Assembly (NCBI GenBank): GCA_030037435.1
Contig: JASHRI010000055.1
Coordinates: 1 to 40,044 of the forward strand
DNA: 40,044 nt
Direction of reading: 5' to 3'
DNA from: Candidatus Acidiferrales bacterium
Lineage (GTDB): Bacteria; Acidobacteriota; Terriglobia; Acidiferrales; UBA7541
Shown: positions 1 through 9,083 of the stretch, one piece after another
How the letters are laid out: each line of letters opens with the position of its first letter
Numbering within the stretch: the stretch's first letter is position 1
The notes under the pieces: generated by a model
What the model saw: only the letters and a program-made list of their open reading frames with translations
Databases searched by the model: none
What the model was told of the DNA's origin: nothing
Program-made: the position numbers and the translations under genes

Positions 1-1304
1 ACGTCATGACCGTCAATGCGAATCGCACCAGCCGTGACGGAGTGAAACCGCGGCAGCAGATTGAGCATCGTCGTCTTGCCGGCGCCGCTTGGTCCAACGA
101 TCGCGACAACTGCGCCGGCGGGAACCTGAAGGTCGATGTTTTTCAGAATGAGAGGGCCACCGTCGTAGGCGAAAGTGGCACGAGAAAATTCGATCGAAGT
201 CGAAAAGCGCGGAAGAACCTGCGCGCCGGGCGCCTCCATCTCTTCTTCGGGAAGGTCGAGATAGGAGAAGACCTGGGAAGACACACCCACCGCTTGCAGA
301 AACAGCTGATAAATATTGCCAATGCGCTTGATGGGTTCGTAGGCGCGAAGCAAGGCGACCGTAAAGGCACCAAACGAACCAATGGTCATCCGTCCGACCT
401 TAATTTCGCTTCGCGCAAAGAGAAGCACCAACGCGACCACGATGGCTCCGACCAAATCCATCAGCGGCGAAGTGGCGGCGAATGCCTGAATCCAGCGCAT
501 GTTTTCGTGGAGCAATTTGCGGGCAGACTCGCGGAACTTTCGGATTTCGAAATTTTCCATTCCGAAAGCCTTCACCACGCGATTCCCGCTCAGCGTCTCC
601 TGCAAAATCTGGCTCAAATCGGCGAGGCGAGACCGGCTCTTTTGAGAAAACTGTCGAATTCGTCTGCCCAGATTACTAACCGGAATCACTACGATGGGGA
701 TCAGCACAACCGCGCCGATAGCCATGCGCCAATCGAGCAAAAGCAAAACGCAGATAAATGCAATGAGAGTGAAAATTTGGCGGACGAAATCCGCCAACCA
801 ATCGGAAAACGCGCTGCGCATTTGTTCGATGTCACTGATAACGGCTGAGATCACGCGGCCGACCGGATTGTGCTGGAAGAAGCCGATCGGCTGCTGCACA
901 ACCTTTGCATAAACCTGGTTGCGCAGATCGGTGACACCGGCGAGGCCCACGTACTGAATCAGCGTGCTGCCTAGAAACTCAGCAACTCCTTTGACCAAGA
1001 AGAGAAAAAAAAAGGCAAGAGCGAACACAGACCAAACCCAGTGAACCCGGGCAGGCACGAAGGAATTGAGATAGACGACGTGCGACGTGCCCGGAATGGT
1101 GAACAGCGCAAGCCTTTGAACGGTCGAGCCTGGAGCGAGGATCACGTCTGCCGCCGGCTTGATCGCCAGCACGGCAAGCCCGTCGATGATTCCCATGACA
1201 GCGATCAGCACCACGCCTAGCGCGAACAGGGCTGTGTAGGGCCGCAGATAGCGCAGCAGGCGCTTGATATCCTTGTGCTCCGTCGATTTCGAAGTGTCTG
1301 GCAT
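1..1304 (-). CDS. ABC transporter permease/ATP-binding protein, MsbA-like lipid exporter (partial; C-terminus lies beyond the window start)
   Basis: It is absent from the ORF track because it runs off the window. My translation of the minus strand from the ATG at 1304 gives MPDTSKSTEHKDIKRLLRYLRPYTALFALGVVLIAVMGIIDGL... This continues through an ABC-exporter membrane domain into ...ILKNIDLQVPAGAVVAIVGPSGAGKTTMLNLLPRF, with the Walker A motif at about nt 60-90. Confidence 0.8.
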   Translation of the reverse strand, partial: MPDTSKSTEHKDIKRLLRYLRPYTALFALGVVLIAVMGIIDGLAVLAIKPAADVILAPGSTVQRLALFTIPGTSHVVYLNSFVPARVHWVWSVFALAFFFLFLVKGVAEFLGSTLIQYVGLAGVTDLRNQVYAKVVQQPIGFFQHNPVGRVISAVISDIEQMRSAFSDWLADFVRQIFTLIAFICVLLLLDWRMAIGAVVLIPIVVIPVSNLGRRIRQFSQKSRSRLADLSQILQETLSGNRVVKAFGMENFEIRKFRESARKLLHENMRWIQAFAATSPLMDLVGAIVVALVLLFARSEIKVGRMTIGSFGAFTVALLRAYEPIKRIGNIYQLFLQAVGVSSQVFSYLDLPEEEMEAPGAQVLPRFSTSIEFSRATFAYDGGPLILKNIDLQVPAGAVVAIVGPSGAGKTTMLNLLPRFHSVTAGAIRIDGHD

Positions 1305-1398
1305 GACTCTCAATGGTTAGGCTGTTCTACGACAAAACCTACCTGCATATGTATTGCGCTTCCAAGGAAATTCGGTTCCCAATTTGCGTGCTGCTTAC

Positions 1399-2286
1399 TC
1401 AGGCCGAAGTCTTATCGAGATCGCGGTGCACGACTTTGGCCGCATAGCCCTTGCGCTGCAAGGCGCGGCGAATCACTTCGGCCAGTGCCACTGAACGGTG
1501 GCGCCCCCCGGTGCAGCCCAGCGCGACCGTTAAATAGCTCTTCCCTTCCCGAATGTAATGCGGAATCAAATATGCCAGCAGACTTTCGATGCGGCGCAGA
1601 AATTCGCCCGTCTGCGGAAAAGAGCGTATATAGCGCGCGACGCGAGGATCTTTGCCGCTGAACGGGCGCAGGCGCGGGACGAAATGCGGATTAGGCAGAA
1701 ATCGCACGTCGAAAACCAAATCGGCATCGGCCGGAATTCCGTAGCGAAATCCAAAGCTGACCACGGATACGAGCAGGGGGCGCCGGCCGGCATTCTGGAA
1801 GCGATCAATAACAAACTGACGCAGGTCGTGGACCGTAAATTTTGTGGTGTCGATCACCACGTCCGCAAGGCGGCGAATCGGCGCCATGCGACGGCGCTCC
1901 TTGCGAATGCCCTGGATCACAGTGTCGCCCTGGCTCAGCGGATGCGGCCGCCGCGTCTCGCTGAAACGACGCAGCAAAGCTTCGTCGCTGGCCTCGACGA
2001 AGACGAGCTGTGCAGGATGCTCGCTCGCGAGCTTGCGGTAAATTCCGGGCAATTTTTCGATTTGCTCGCCTTCGCGCGCGTCCACCAGCAATGCCGCGCG
2101 ACCCACTTCGCCGCGGCCCTCTTCGTAGAGTTCGCCGAAGGTCGGAATCAGGGCGACCGGAAGGTTATCGACGCAATAGAAGCCGAGATCCTCAAAGGTA
2201 TTGAGCACCGAGCCTTTGCCGGATCCCGACAGGCCGGTAAGAATCACCAACTGCCGCGAGCCGCGCTTTCTTTCGGAGCGTTTCAC
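1399..2286 (-). CDS. rapZ: RNase adapter protein RapZ (YhbJ-family P-loop NTPase)
   Basis: 295-aa ORF with an N-terminal Walker A (LTGLSGSGKGSVLNTFEDLGFYCVDNLP) and the conserved C-terminal GCTGGRHRSV motif. It sits directly downstream of rpoN, as in the canonical rpoN cluster. Confidence 0.9.
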   Translation of the reverse strand: MKRSERKRGSRQLVILTGLSGSGKGSVLNTFEDLGFYCVDNLPVALIPTFGELYEEGRGEVGRAALLVDAREGEQIEKLPGIYRKLASEHPAQLVFVEASDEALLRRFSETRRPHPLSQGDTVIQGIRKERRRMAPIRRLADVVIDTTKFTVHDLRQFVIDRFQNAGRRPLLVSVVSFGFRYGIPADADLVFDVRFLPNPHFVPRLRPFSGKDPRVARYIRSFPQTGEFLRRIESLLAYLIPHYIREGKSYLTVALGCTGGRHRSVALAEVIRRALQRKGYAAKVVHRDLDKTSA

Positions 2287-2298
2287 GGGCCAGGCAGG

Positions 2299-3741
2299 TT
2301 ACGCCTTCACCCGGCGGCGGTGCGTGCTGGGGATGCGTAGGTCTTCACGATATTTGGCCACGGTACGGCGCGTGACGTGGATGCCTTCATCGCTCAGCTT
2401 CTTGGTGATTTGCTCATCCGTCAGCGGATGCGAAGTATCTTCCTGTTCGATCATCTGCTTCACGCGGCGCTTCAGGGACAACAGAGACATCTCGCTACCC
2501 TGCGGCCCGTTGACGGATTCGGAGAAAAAGCTCCGCAATTCGAGGACTCCCTGCGGCGTGTGCACATACTTGCTGGCAACGGCGCGGCTGACGGTGGAAG
2601 GATGCACACCCACTTCTTCGGCGACTTCCTTGATCATCATCGGCCTCAGATGGTCCGGCCCATAATCGAGATAGTCGGCCTGGCGCCTGAGAATGGAATG
2701 GCAAACGCGCAAAATCGTGTGCTTGCGCTGTTCGATATTTTTCATCAATTGAATCGCGGCAGTAAAACGCTCTTTCACGTAATTTCGCACATCGCGGTCC
2801 GCCGCATCCCGGGCCAGCAGGCGGCGATAAGTGGGACTCAAGCGAAGCTGGGGCATGTCGTCGTCGTTCATGAAGACCTGCCACTCGCCGTCCACCTTGC
2901 GGAACTGAACGTCCGGCTCGACCAGCCGCGGTTCGGTCTTGTTGTAACGCAGGCCAGGCTTGGGATCGAGGCGTTTGATCGTGTCCACGGCCCGCTTCAC
3001 AAGCTCCACGGGACGATTCAATTCGCGAGCCACTTCCTTCAGCTGGTTGTTTTGCAAGAGTTTCAAATGATCCGCGATGATCTGCTGAGCGAGTGTGTTT
3101 TGTGGATCCAACAGCTTGATCTGCAACAGCAGGCATTCCGGGAGGTTCCGGGCGGCTACACCCGGCGGATCGAATTCCTGCACCATTGCCAGCGCCTCTT
3201 CCACGTCTTCCATCGAATAGTCGCCAGACTGCGCGATTTCCTCGAGGCTGGCCGTCAGGTAACCGTTTTCATCGAGATTGCCGATGATCGCCTCGGCAAT
3301 TTTGCGAACTGTCTCCGTGCAGATGCCGACGCTCAACTGCCAGTTCAGATGGTCGGTCAAACTCGCGGGTGAAGAAAGAAACTTGTCGAAGGAAGGTTTC
3401 TCGATCTCCTCGTGCTCGCTGTTTCCGGCGCGTTCGGCACCTGTATCCAGGTATTGCGTGAAGAACGAGCCGAAGTCGAATTCATCGAAAGGATTCGCGG
3501 CGGGAGTATCGGGGACGTTTTCCGTTTCTTTCTTGAGGAAGGCCTCGTCCGTATAGTTTTCGGCGGTCACTCCCTCTTCAGGCAGTTCCTCCAGCACCGG
3601 ATTCGCCATGATTTCCTGGTTAATCATGTCGCGCAGCTCAAGGCGATTGAGGGCCAGAACGCTGACCATCTGCACGAGGCCCGGCGTAAGAATCTGTTTT
3701 TGGGCGACGCGAAGGTGCAGCTTGGGTGCCAGGAAGTTCAT
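2299..3741 (-). CDS. rpoN: RNA polymerase sigma-54 factor
   Basis: 480-aa ORF. The N-terminal region I is Gln/Leu-rich (LRVAQKQILTPGLVQMVSVLAL), followed by an acidic region II. The C-terminus carries an RpoN-box-like ITKKLSDEGIHVTRRTVAKYREDLRIPS. The gene starts 5 nt after the lptB stop. Confidence 0.95.
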   Translation of the reverse strand: MNFLAPKLHLRVAQKQILTPGLVQMVSVLALNRLELRDMINQEIMANPVLEELPEEGVTAENYTDEAFLKKETENVPDTPAANPFDEFDFGSFFTQYLDTGAERAGNSEHEEIEKPSFDKFLSSPASLTDHLNWQLSVGICTETVRKIAEAIIGNLDENGYLTASLEEIAQSGDYSMEDVEEALAMVQEFDPPGVAARNLPECLLLQIKLLDPQNTLAQQIIADHLKLLQNNQLKEVARELNRPVELVKRAVDTIKRLDPKPGLRYNKTEPRLVEPDVQFRKVDGEWQVFMNDDDMPQLRLSPTYRRLLARDAADRDVRNYVKERFTAAIQLMKNIEQRKHTILRVCHSILRRQADYLDYGPDHLRPMMIKEVAEEVGVHPSTVSRAVASKYVHTPQGVLELRSFFSESVNGPQGSEMSLLSLKRRVKQMIEQEDTSHPLTDEQITKKLSDEGIHVTRRTVAKYREDLRIPSTHRRRVKA

Positions 3742-3746
3742 AGGAT

Positions 3747-4472
3747 TCAGTTCAGCCGGAAGCCCTCTCCCAAATAGATGCGGCGAACTTCGGCATTGTC
3801 GGATAATTGCCCCGGGGTGCCCGCGGCCAAAATCTTGCCTTCGTTGATGATGTAGGCTCGCGTGGTGACGGCGAGGGTGTCGCGCACATTATGGTCAGTG
3901 ACGAGAACGCCGATCCCCGCTGCGCTCAGATCCGCAATAATCTTCTGAATATCCACCACTGTCAGGGGATCAATACCGGCAAAGGGCTCGTCGAGCAGCA
4001 CGAAGGAAGGCGACAGTACTAGCGAACGCGCAATTTCGAGACGCCGGCGTTCGCCGCCGGATAGCACGTATGCTTGACTGTACCGCACCCCTTCCAGGCC
4101 CATTTGCGCCAAAAGCTCCTCCACGCGGTCGCGCCTCTGCTCGGGGGTCAACGAAAGCGTCTCGAGGACCGCGAGCAGGTTCTCTTCGACCGTAAGCTTG
4201 CGAAAAACCGAAGGTTCCTGGGGAAGGTAACTGATGCCGTTGCGGGCCCGAAGGTACATGGGAAGGTCGGTGATGTCTTCGGCGTCCAGCAAAACACGGC
4301 CGTAATCCGGACGCGCGAGGCCGACCAGAATGTAGAAAGTCGTGGTCTTTCCGGCGCCGTTCGGACCGAGCAGCCCGACCACCTCGCCCTGTCGAATCTC
4401 CAGGCCAACGTTATCTACAACTTTCCGCCCTCTATAGGACTTGCTCAGATCGGCGGCCTGGAGTGTCAACAT
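3747..4472 (-). CDS. lptB: LPS export ABC transporter ATP-binding protein LptB
   Basis: 241-aa ORF with Walker [13 protein letters not shown] signature [13 protein letters not shown] and Walker B LLDEPF. The position between an Lpt periplasmic-component gene and rpoN is the canonical synteny. Confidence 0.9.
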   Translation of the reverse strand: MLTLQAADLSKSYRGRKVVDNVGLEIRQGEVVGLLGPNGAGKTTTFYILVGLARPDYGRVLLDAEDITDLPMYLRARNGISYLPQEPSVFRKLTVEENLLAVLETLSLTPEQRRDRVEELLAQMGLEGVRYSQAYVLSGGERRRLEIARSLVLSPSFVLLDEPFAGIDPLTVVDIQKIIADLSAAGIGVLVTDHNVRDTLAVTTRAYIINEGKILAAGTPGQLSDNAEVRRIYLGEGFRLN

Positions 4473-4478
4473 ACCGGT

Positions 4479-6824
4479 TCATTTCTCAACCCGGTGCTTG
4501 GTCAGCGTGCGCGAACCTTCTTGAGAGTCGACTAAAATCGTATCACTCGCAACAAAGAAGGTCAACGAATGGCCCGTCACTGTGTTGCTAGAATCATCGG
4601 TAACCGTGGGCTGGCCGCCCGAGAGAACGAATTTTCCGTCGGCAGCCGTATATTCGGCCTGCTCCGCCGTCCCGCGCCGGTCTTCCTGGCGAACGACGAC
4701 ACTTCCCTGTGCCAGCACGCGCGTCAACTGCCTGCCGGCGGTCGCCGACACCATTGACTCAGGAGACCCCACCGTAGGACTTGGAGAAGTGCTGCCAGCA
4801 GGAGCGGCGGGCGGACCGAGGAAAATGTCCAAGGTGCGCGATTGAAGCACCCCTTGTTGTGAACTTGCCACAACTCCGCCACTCAGGTGCGCCCGCCCCT
4901 GATCGCTCCAGTATGTGAGGACCGGAGCCTGAACCTTCCAAAGGGTAGGTCCCGCCGGGTGCTTGGGATCGGCGGCGGAAGACTGTACAACAGCAGGAAC
5001 CACGGGACCTGAGTTTTGGGGGAATACGGCGACAACCTCGCCGACGGCCTGCATCTTCTTTTCGTCGCGCCACAGTTCAATCCGATCAGCGTCGAGCACT
5101 GAGTCTCCCTGCCAAAGTCGAGCATGGCCGATATAGGCGGCATGACCGGCATTTACCGACCCGGAGAGCGAGTCGGCGGAAATGTGGGCCGGACCGGAGC
5201 CAAGGCTCACAGCATCTCCACGTTCCGGTGGCATGTAGGTTGAAATCACGTCACCGGTGGCGTGAAACTCTCCTGTCTTTTGGTCGATCTCCACGCCCGA
5301 AGCAGTGGTCCGGCTAAGCGAATCTGAAATTACCGGTGATCCGTCAAGGGCAATCGCGTCGGTGGCGCGCACCATCTGGGCCCGGTCGGCTGTAGCCTTT
5401 CGATCGGCCTGCTGAAACTGAACATTGCCGCTCTCTTCGACGGAAGCCCAATCGCCATCGGGACCAAAGGTGGCCTTCATTTCTGACGCTGAAACGTCTT
5501 GGGGCTCGGCCTTGCCAGTCTGCCTTCGCATGTCAACGGCAGAATGCCCGGCGAGGCTGCTTAGGCGTCCGTTCGGATTGACCTGCGCGACAAACTTCTT
5601 TGCGCGAAGCACGGTAGCCACTTCGCCACTTTTCGTCTCGATAGTGCCGGGCGCTAGCGTTTCGACGCTTTCGATGCTTTGATGATCCGCGGTTTTTTCG
5701 GTTGATTTGCCGCGCGTTCCACCCGCGCGCCCGGTTGCGAACGCTACTCGCAACGAGTCGGTTTTCAATATCTGCGAATTCCCTTTCTGGACCGATTCGG
5801 CTGTCACGCCACCGGTGGCGGTCATTTCCTGGATCAGATTCTGCCCCGGCACCATGGCAAACTCGACATGAGCAGCCAGAAAGCGATCCGTGCCGGCACG
5901 AGACTCTCGCGAGGCGGCAACCCTTTCGTCGGCCACGATGCGCTCGACCCATCCGGCGGGGTTCAGCAAGCCCTCGAACTGAGCCGCGGAGACGACCGTA
6001 TTCTTGCCATCTTCCGTCGAATGAATCGTAGGATTGCCGTCAGCCACGACACGCTGCGCACGGTTATTCTCATCTAGCTGGACCGAGATTTTCTCTGCCG
6101 CCAGATCGCGCACGCCCTGTCGTACATCCACCGGACCGTTCAAAATGACTGTCCGATCATCGCGCCGAACTTCGAGGCTGCTGCCGGTGGCTGCTACTGG
6201 CATTCCCCCCGTCTTCGGCGAAGCCACGAGGTCGAATTCGATGGCGCCTCCCACATGCACGATCGAGTCCTTCGTGCTGTAGTCCACCCCGGTGCCGTGT
6301 CCGGTGCCGCCGGGAAAGCTGAAAATTACCGGAGCCGTGGTCGAGGCTTCGCCGGTGTCATGGTTAAACGACAAGTTGCTCGTCGTGAGTTCGAGGGTCT
6401 CTTTAGGAGGACTTGCTTTGGATGTCGCGGCGTCGGCGATGTCAATTTGCACCGCTCCCTCGCAGCGAGCCTGTCCCGAGATGGACTCGTAGGTGCATTC
6501 GCGCGTGTGGATGTTGTCGTTGCGGTTCCCGTCGCGACCGTAGACCGTGATCCAAACGTCTTCGAGCAGCGCATGGTTTTGGTCGCGATACCGAGTGGCC
6601 TGTGAGGCGCGAATCGTGAAGATGGTTCGGTCCTGCTCCACTTTCGAAAACGTGAACTGAGCCGACTGCTGCTCAACGCTGGCAGGAACGGCCGCAGGCG
6701 CTGACCGCCGCACACGGGCCTGGCGCCACGCTCGCTCCGCGTATACGCCAACCACAGTCAGCACGACCAGCGCCGCAGCAACGGCCGCCCAGCGCGAGTA
6801 GGCCGCTGCTTCGCGGTTGCGCAA
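4479..6824 (-). CDS. Membrane-anchored LptC-like plus multiple LptA/OstA-like modules in one 781-aa polypeptide
   Basis: TTG start at 6824 with GAGGAGG 6 nt upstream. There is an N-terminal TM helix (AAVAAALVVLTVVGVYA). An LptC-like segment follows (FTFSKVEQDRTIFTIRASQATRY...DVWITVYG). The C-terminal half carries repeated LptA-like strands (HARLWQGDSVLDADRIELWRDEKKMQAVGEVVAVF; AEQAEYTAADGKFVLSGGQPTVTD). It is tightly linked upstream of lptB (6-nt gap). Confidence 0.65.
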   Translation of the reverse strand: MRNREAAAYSRWAAVAAALVVLTVVGVYAERAWRQARVRRSAPAAVPASVEQQSAQFTFSKVEQDRTIFTIRASQATRYRDQNHALLEDVWITVYGRDGNRNDNIHTRECTYESISGQARCEGAVQIDIADAATSKASPPKETLELTTSNLSFNHDTGEASTTAPVIFSFPGGTGHGTGVDYSTKDSIVHVGGAIEFDLVASPKTGGMPVAATGSSLEVRRDDRTVILNGPVDVRQGVRDLAAEKISVQLDENNRAQRVVADGNPTIHSTEDGKNTVVSAAQFEGLLNPAGWVERIVADERVAASRESRAGTDRFLAAHVEFAMVPGQNLIQEMTATGGVTAESVQKGNSQILKTDSLRVAFATGRAGGTRGKSTEKTADHQSIESVETLAPGTIETKSGEVATVLRAKKFVAQVNPNGRLSSLAGHSAVDMRRQTGKAEPQDVSASEMKATFGPDGDWASVEESGNVQFQQADRKATADRAQMVRATDAIALDGSPVISDSLSRTTASGVEIDQKTGEFHATGDVISTYMPPERGDAVSLGSGPAHISADSLSGSVNAGHAAYIGHARLWQGDSVLDADRIELWRDEKKMQAVGEVVAVFPQNSGPVVPAVVQSSAADPKHPAGPTLWKVQAPVLTYWSDQGRAHLSGGVVASSQQGVLQSRTLDIFLGPPAAPAGSTSPSPTVGSPESMVSATAGRQLTRVLAQGSVVVRQEDRRGTAEQAEYTAADGKFVLSGGQPTVTDDSSNTVTGHSLTFFVASDTILVDSQEGSRTLTKHRVEK

Positions 6825-6854
6825 GACGAACCTCCTCGATTCGTTTAGAAGCCG

Positions 6855-6883
6855 AGTATAGGTGAGTGGTTTGCACAGGACAA
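6855..6883 (-). promoter_or_regulatory. Candidate sigma-70 promoter for the lpt-rpoN-rapZ operon (TTGTCC-17-TATACT)
   Basis: Minus-strand reading gives TTGTCC (6883-6878), a 17-nt spacer and TATACT (6860-6855), about 30 nt upstream of the TTG start and its SD. Confidence 0.35.
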
Positions 6884-6958
6884 CAAAAGTGCCGAATTGC
6901 CGGCGGGATGGGAGGACTACCCCGGAATTCCGCGAGCGTTCACCGTTCGCTTACCGGC

Positions 6959-8128
6959 TTATTGAAATCGGTCGTGAGGCAGAATGCCGACATTCGCTGC
7001 TGCAACGCTGTTGCGCGACGTGTTTTTGACGAGATACATGGCTTCGTCCGCAAGGTGCAGAAGTTCGGCTTTCGTACGCGAATCGGTAGGATAGGACGCC
7101 ACGCCAACGCTCGCCGTCAGCCGGACGTTTATTCCTGCGTCCTTGAGCCACGTAGTTTCCCCGATCAGCTTGTGAAGACGGCACGCAACTCCCAGCGCAT
7201 TTTCCTTGGAAGTTTGGGGCAGCAGCACCACGAATTCGTCGCCACCATATCGGAAAGCAAGATCGATGAGGCGGCACTTGTCCTTGATTGCTGTCCCGAT
7301 CTCATTCAAAAGCTTTGATCCCACGAGGTGTCCGTGCGTGTCGTTGACGCTCTTGAAATGATCGAGGTCGATAAAGATCAATGAGAATTCGAAAGCATAG
7401 CGATGCGACCGGTAGATCTCCGTATCGAGCATGAAGTTCAAATGGCGTGCGTTATAAAGGCTGGTGCAGTCGTCGGTGATGGTGAGTTCGTGAATTCGCT
7501 GCACGTGGCGCGCATTCTCGATCGCGATAGCAGCGTAGTCCGCAAGGGCTTCGAGCAAGGCCAGGTCGCGCTGGCTAAAACCATCGGGGCCGACGCAGTT
7601 GATGAGTTCAATGACGCCAAGGCACTGATCGCGGAAGCGCACGGGGACTGCGACAATCGAGCGCGTTTCGACTTTCGTCCTCTCGTCCACCTGCCCGAAA
7701 AAGCGGGAATCCTTGCTGGTGTCCGGCACCACCACCGCTTCGCCAGACTCCGCTACCCACCCGGCCAGCCCCTGGCCGACCTTGATACGCACATCCTTCA
7801 GTGCATCGGCTCCCTTGCCTGTGGCGATTTGGAAATAGAGCTCCCGCTTATCGACGTCCATCAAAAGCAGCGACCATGTGTCGGGCCGCAACACCTCGTT
7901 AATCTTTTCCATAATGGTGCGGAGCACCTGGTCGAGCTGCAACGAGGAGGTGAGCGCCTTACCCAGTTCATGGAAGACGTTGACCTCGCCGCCACCTTCG
8001 GGAACCTCGGGGTTCACAGATGGACCACGGCGGCGGTCCACACCGTCAAACGGCTTGTGGTCTGATGCTCTGCGGGTGCGTTCGCTGGAGCTTCGTGGCC
8101 GGGCGTCTTGGGATTCAGATTGCAACAT
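6959..8128 (-). CDS. GAF domain-containing diguanylate cyclase (GGDEF)
   Basis: 389-aa ORF with a disordered N-terminus and a GAF-like segment (LLLMDVDKRELYFQIATGKG...GLAGWVAESGEAVVVPD). The GGDEF domain has an intact active site RYGGDEFVVLLP. An RxxD I-site (RLID) lies exactly 5 residues upstream of GGDEF. Confidence 0.9.
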   Translation of the reverse strand: MLQSESQDARPRSSSERTRRASDHKPFDGVDRRRGPSVNPEVPEGGGEVNVFHELGKALTSSLQLDQVLRTIMEKINEVLRPDTWSLLLMDVDKRELYFQIATGKGADALKDVRIKVGQGLAGWVAESGEAVVVPDTSKDSRFFGQVDERTKVETRSIVAVPVRFRDQCLGVIELINCVGPDGFSQRDLALLEALADYAAIAIENARHVQRIHELTITDDCTSLYNARHLNFMLDTEIYRSHRYAFEFSLIFIDLDHFKSVNDTHGHLVGSKLLNEIGTAIKDKCRLIDLAFRYGGDEFVVLLPQTSKENALGVACRLHKLIGETTWLKDAGINVRLTASVGVASYPTDSRTKAELLHLADEAMYLVKNTSRNSVAAANVGILPHDRFQ

Positions 8129-8133
8129 TCGGC

Positions 8134-8163
8134 ATTATAGTGAACCGTTTTCGGGCACCGCAA
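8134..8163 (-). promoter_or_regulatory. Candidate promoter that would give a leaderless GGDEF transcript (TTGCGG-18-TATAAT, -10 box ends 5 nt before the ATG)
   Basis: Minus-strand reading gives TTGCGG (8163-8158), an 18-nt spacer, a perfect TATAAT (8139-8134), then gccga and the ATG at 8128. No SD is present. Confidence 0.3.
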
Positions 8164-8237
8164 CCTACCATTCGGAGGCCATTGCCGAAAGGCCAAAGTC
8201 CCGCGGCAGCCGCATCGTCGGGTAAGGCGGAGTAGGA

Positions 8238-8266
8238 TTGACACCCCGTGAACCCGCGCCTATATT
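8238..8266 (+). promoter_or_regulatory. Candidate sigma-70 promoter for the RodZ-like gene (TTGACA-17-TATATT)
   Basis: Perfect -35 TTGACA at 8238-8243, a 17-nt spacer and TATATT at 8261-8266, 19 nt upstream of the ATG at 8285. Confidence 0.5.
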
Positions 8267-8284
8267 TTTCGGTGGTTCCTGCGG

Positions 8285-9010
8285 ATGTCCTCTACACCCT
8301 TCGGCGAACACCTTAAACGCGAGCGCGAAATGCGAGGCGTCTCCCTGGAAGAAGTAGCAGCGGCCACGCGAATTAGCACCCGTTTCTTGGAGGCCATCGA
8401 GCACGAGAGGTGGGAAGAGCTGCCCGGAGGCGCGTTCAATCGCGGTTTCATCCGTTCGATTGCGCGTTACCTGGGGCTTGATGAAGATGACTTAGTGGCC
8501 GAGTACGCGGTAGAGGCCAGGGGCGGCAACGGGCACCACACTGTGGAATCGTCCCTTGGGATGCGCAGAAATTGGCGCCCGATGGCGACGGCCATCTTGG
8601 TGATCGCTCTAATCGTAGCTGGCGGGCTCTACACCTACCATAGATACGGCTCCGGGGTACTTTCCAAGTTACACAAAAGCACAGCCACTTCGCCGGGCGC
8701 GGTAAAGAGTGGCAATGTTGTGCAATCGGGCCCCACTGGCAACCTGACGCTCAAGATCGAGGCGAGTAAAGGCGCCCACGTGACGGTCGTCGCGGACGGC
8801 AAGACAGTGTTTGATGGTCCGCTCAGCGAAAATGACATACGCCTGTTCCAGACCGCGAGCACCTTTCAGGTCACTAGCAGCGATGCCAGCGCATTGCTGC
8901 TCGAATTGAACGGGCAGATCATGCCGCCCATCGGGGCAGCGGGTAAGCCCGGGACGGTAACCTTCAGTCGGAACAACCTGAATCCAGCCCCAGGAGGTTC
9001 CTCCCATTAG
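8285..9010 (+). CDS. RodZ-like helix-turn-helix, single-pass membrane protein
   Basis: 241-aa ORF. The N-terminal XRE-type HTH (FGEHLKREREMRGVSLEEVAAATRISTRFLEAIEHERWEELPG...FIRSIARYLGLD) is typical of RodZ. A central TM helix follows (MATAILVIALIVAGGLY), then a C-terminal beta-rich domain (DUF4115-like). Confidence 0.75.
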   Translation: MSSTPFGEHLKREREMRGVSLEEVAAATRISTRFLEAIEHERWEELPGGAFNRGFIRSIARYLGLDEDDLVAEYAVEARGGNGHHTVESSLGMRRNWRPMATAILVIALIVAGGLYTYHRYGSGVLSKLHKSTATSPGAVKSGNVVQSGPTGNLTLKIEASKGAHVTVVADGKTVFDGPLSENDIRLFQTASTFQVTSSDASALLLELNGQIMPPIGAAGKPGTVTFSRNNLNPAPGGSSH

Positions 9011-9083
9011 CGCCGAAATTCGGAAGCAGATTTGCTCGGGTCACGCGCGTCCGGAGCAGAAACTGGCGATTTGCGCGGGCAGC

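Noticed and set aside
6-848. 280-aa plus-strand ORF at the window start
   Set aside because: It is antisense to a clear MsbA-like ABC exporter whose minus-strand translation shows TM helices and a Walker A motif. The plus-strand product is an Arg/Gly/Ala-rich low-complexity sequence typical of shadow ORFs in high-GC DNA.
1005-1013. A9 homopolymer (T9 on the coding strand) inside the MsbA-like gene, considered as a slippage or phase-variation tract
   Set aside because: The frame is intact across it (it encodes AFFFLFL in a TM helix). A single 9-mer in a hydrophobic segment is most simply explained as Phe codons.
1558-3372. Long plus-strand ORFs (1558-2340, 2377-3372) opposite rapZ and rpoN
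   Set aside because: These are shadow ORFs antisense to confidently identified genes. They have no recognisable motifs and no SDs.
7403-8065. 220-aa plus-strand ORF opposite the GGDEF gene
   Set aside because: It is antisense to a gene with intact GAF and GGDEF motifs, so it is a high-GC artefact.
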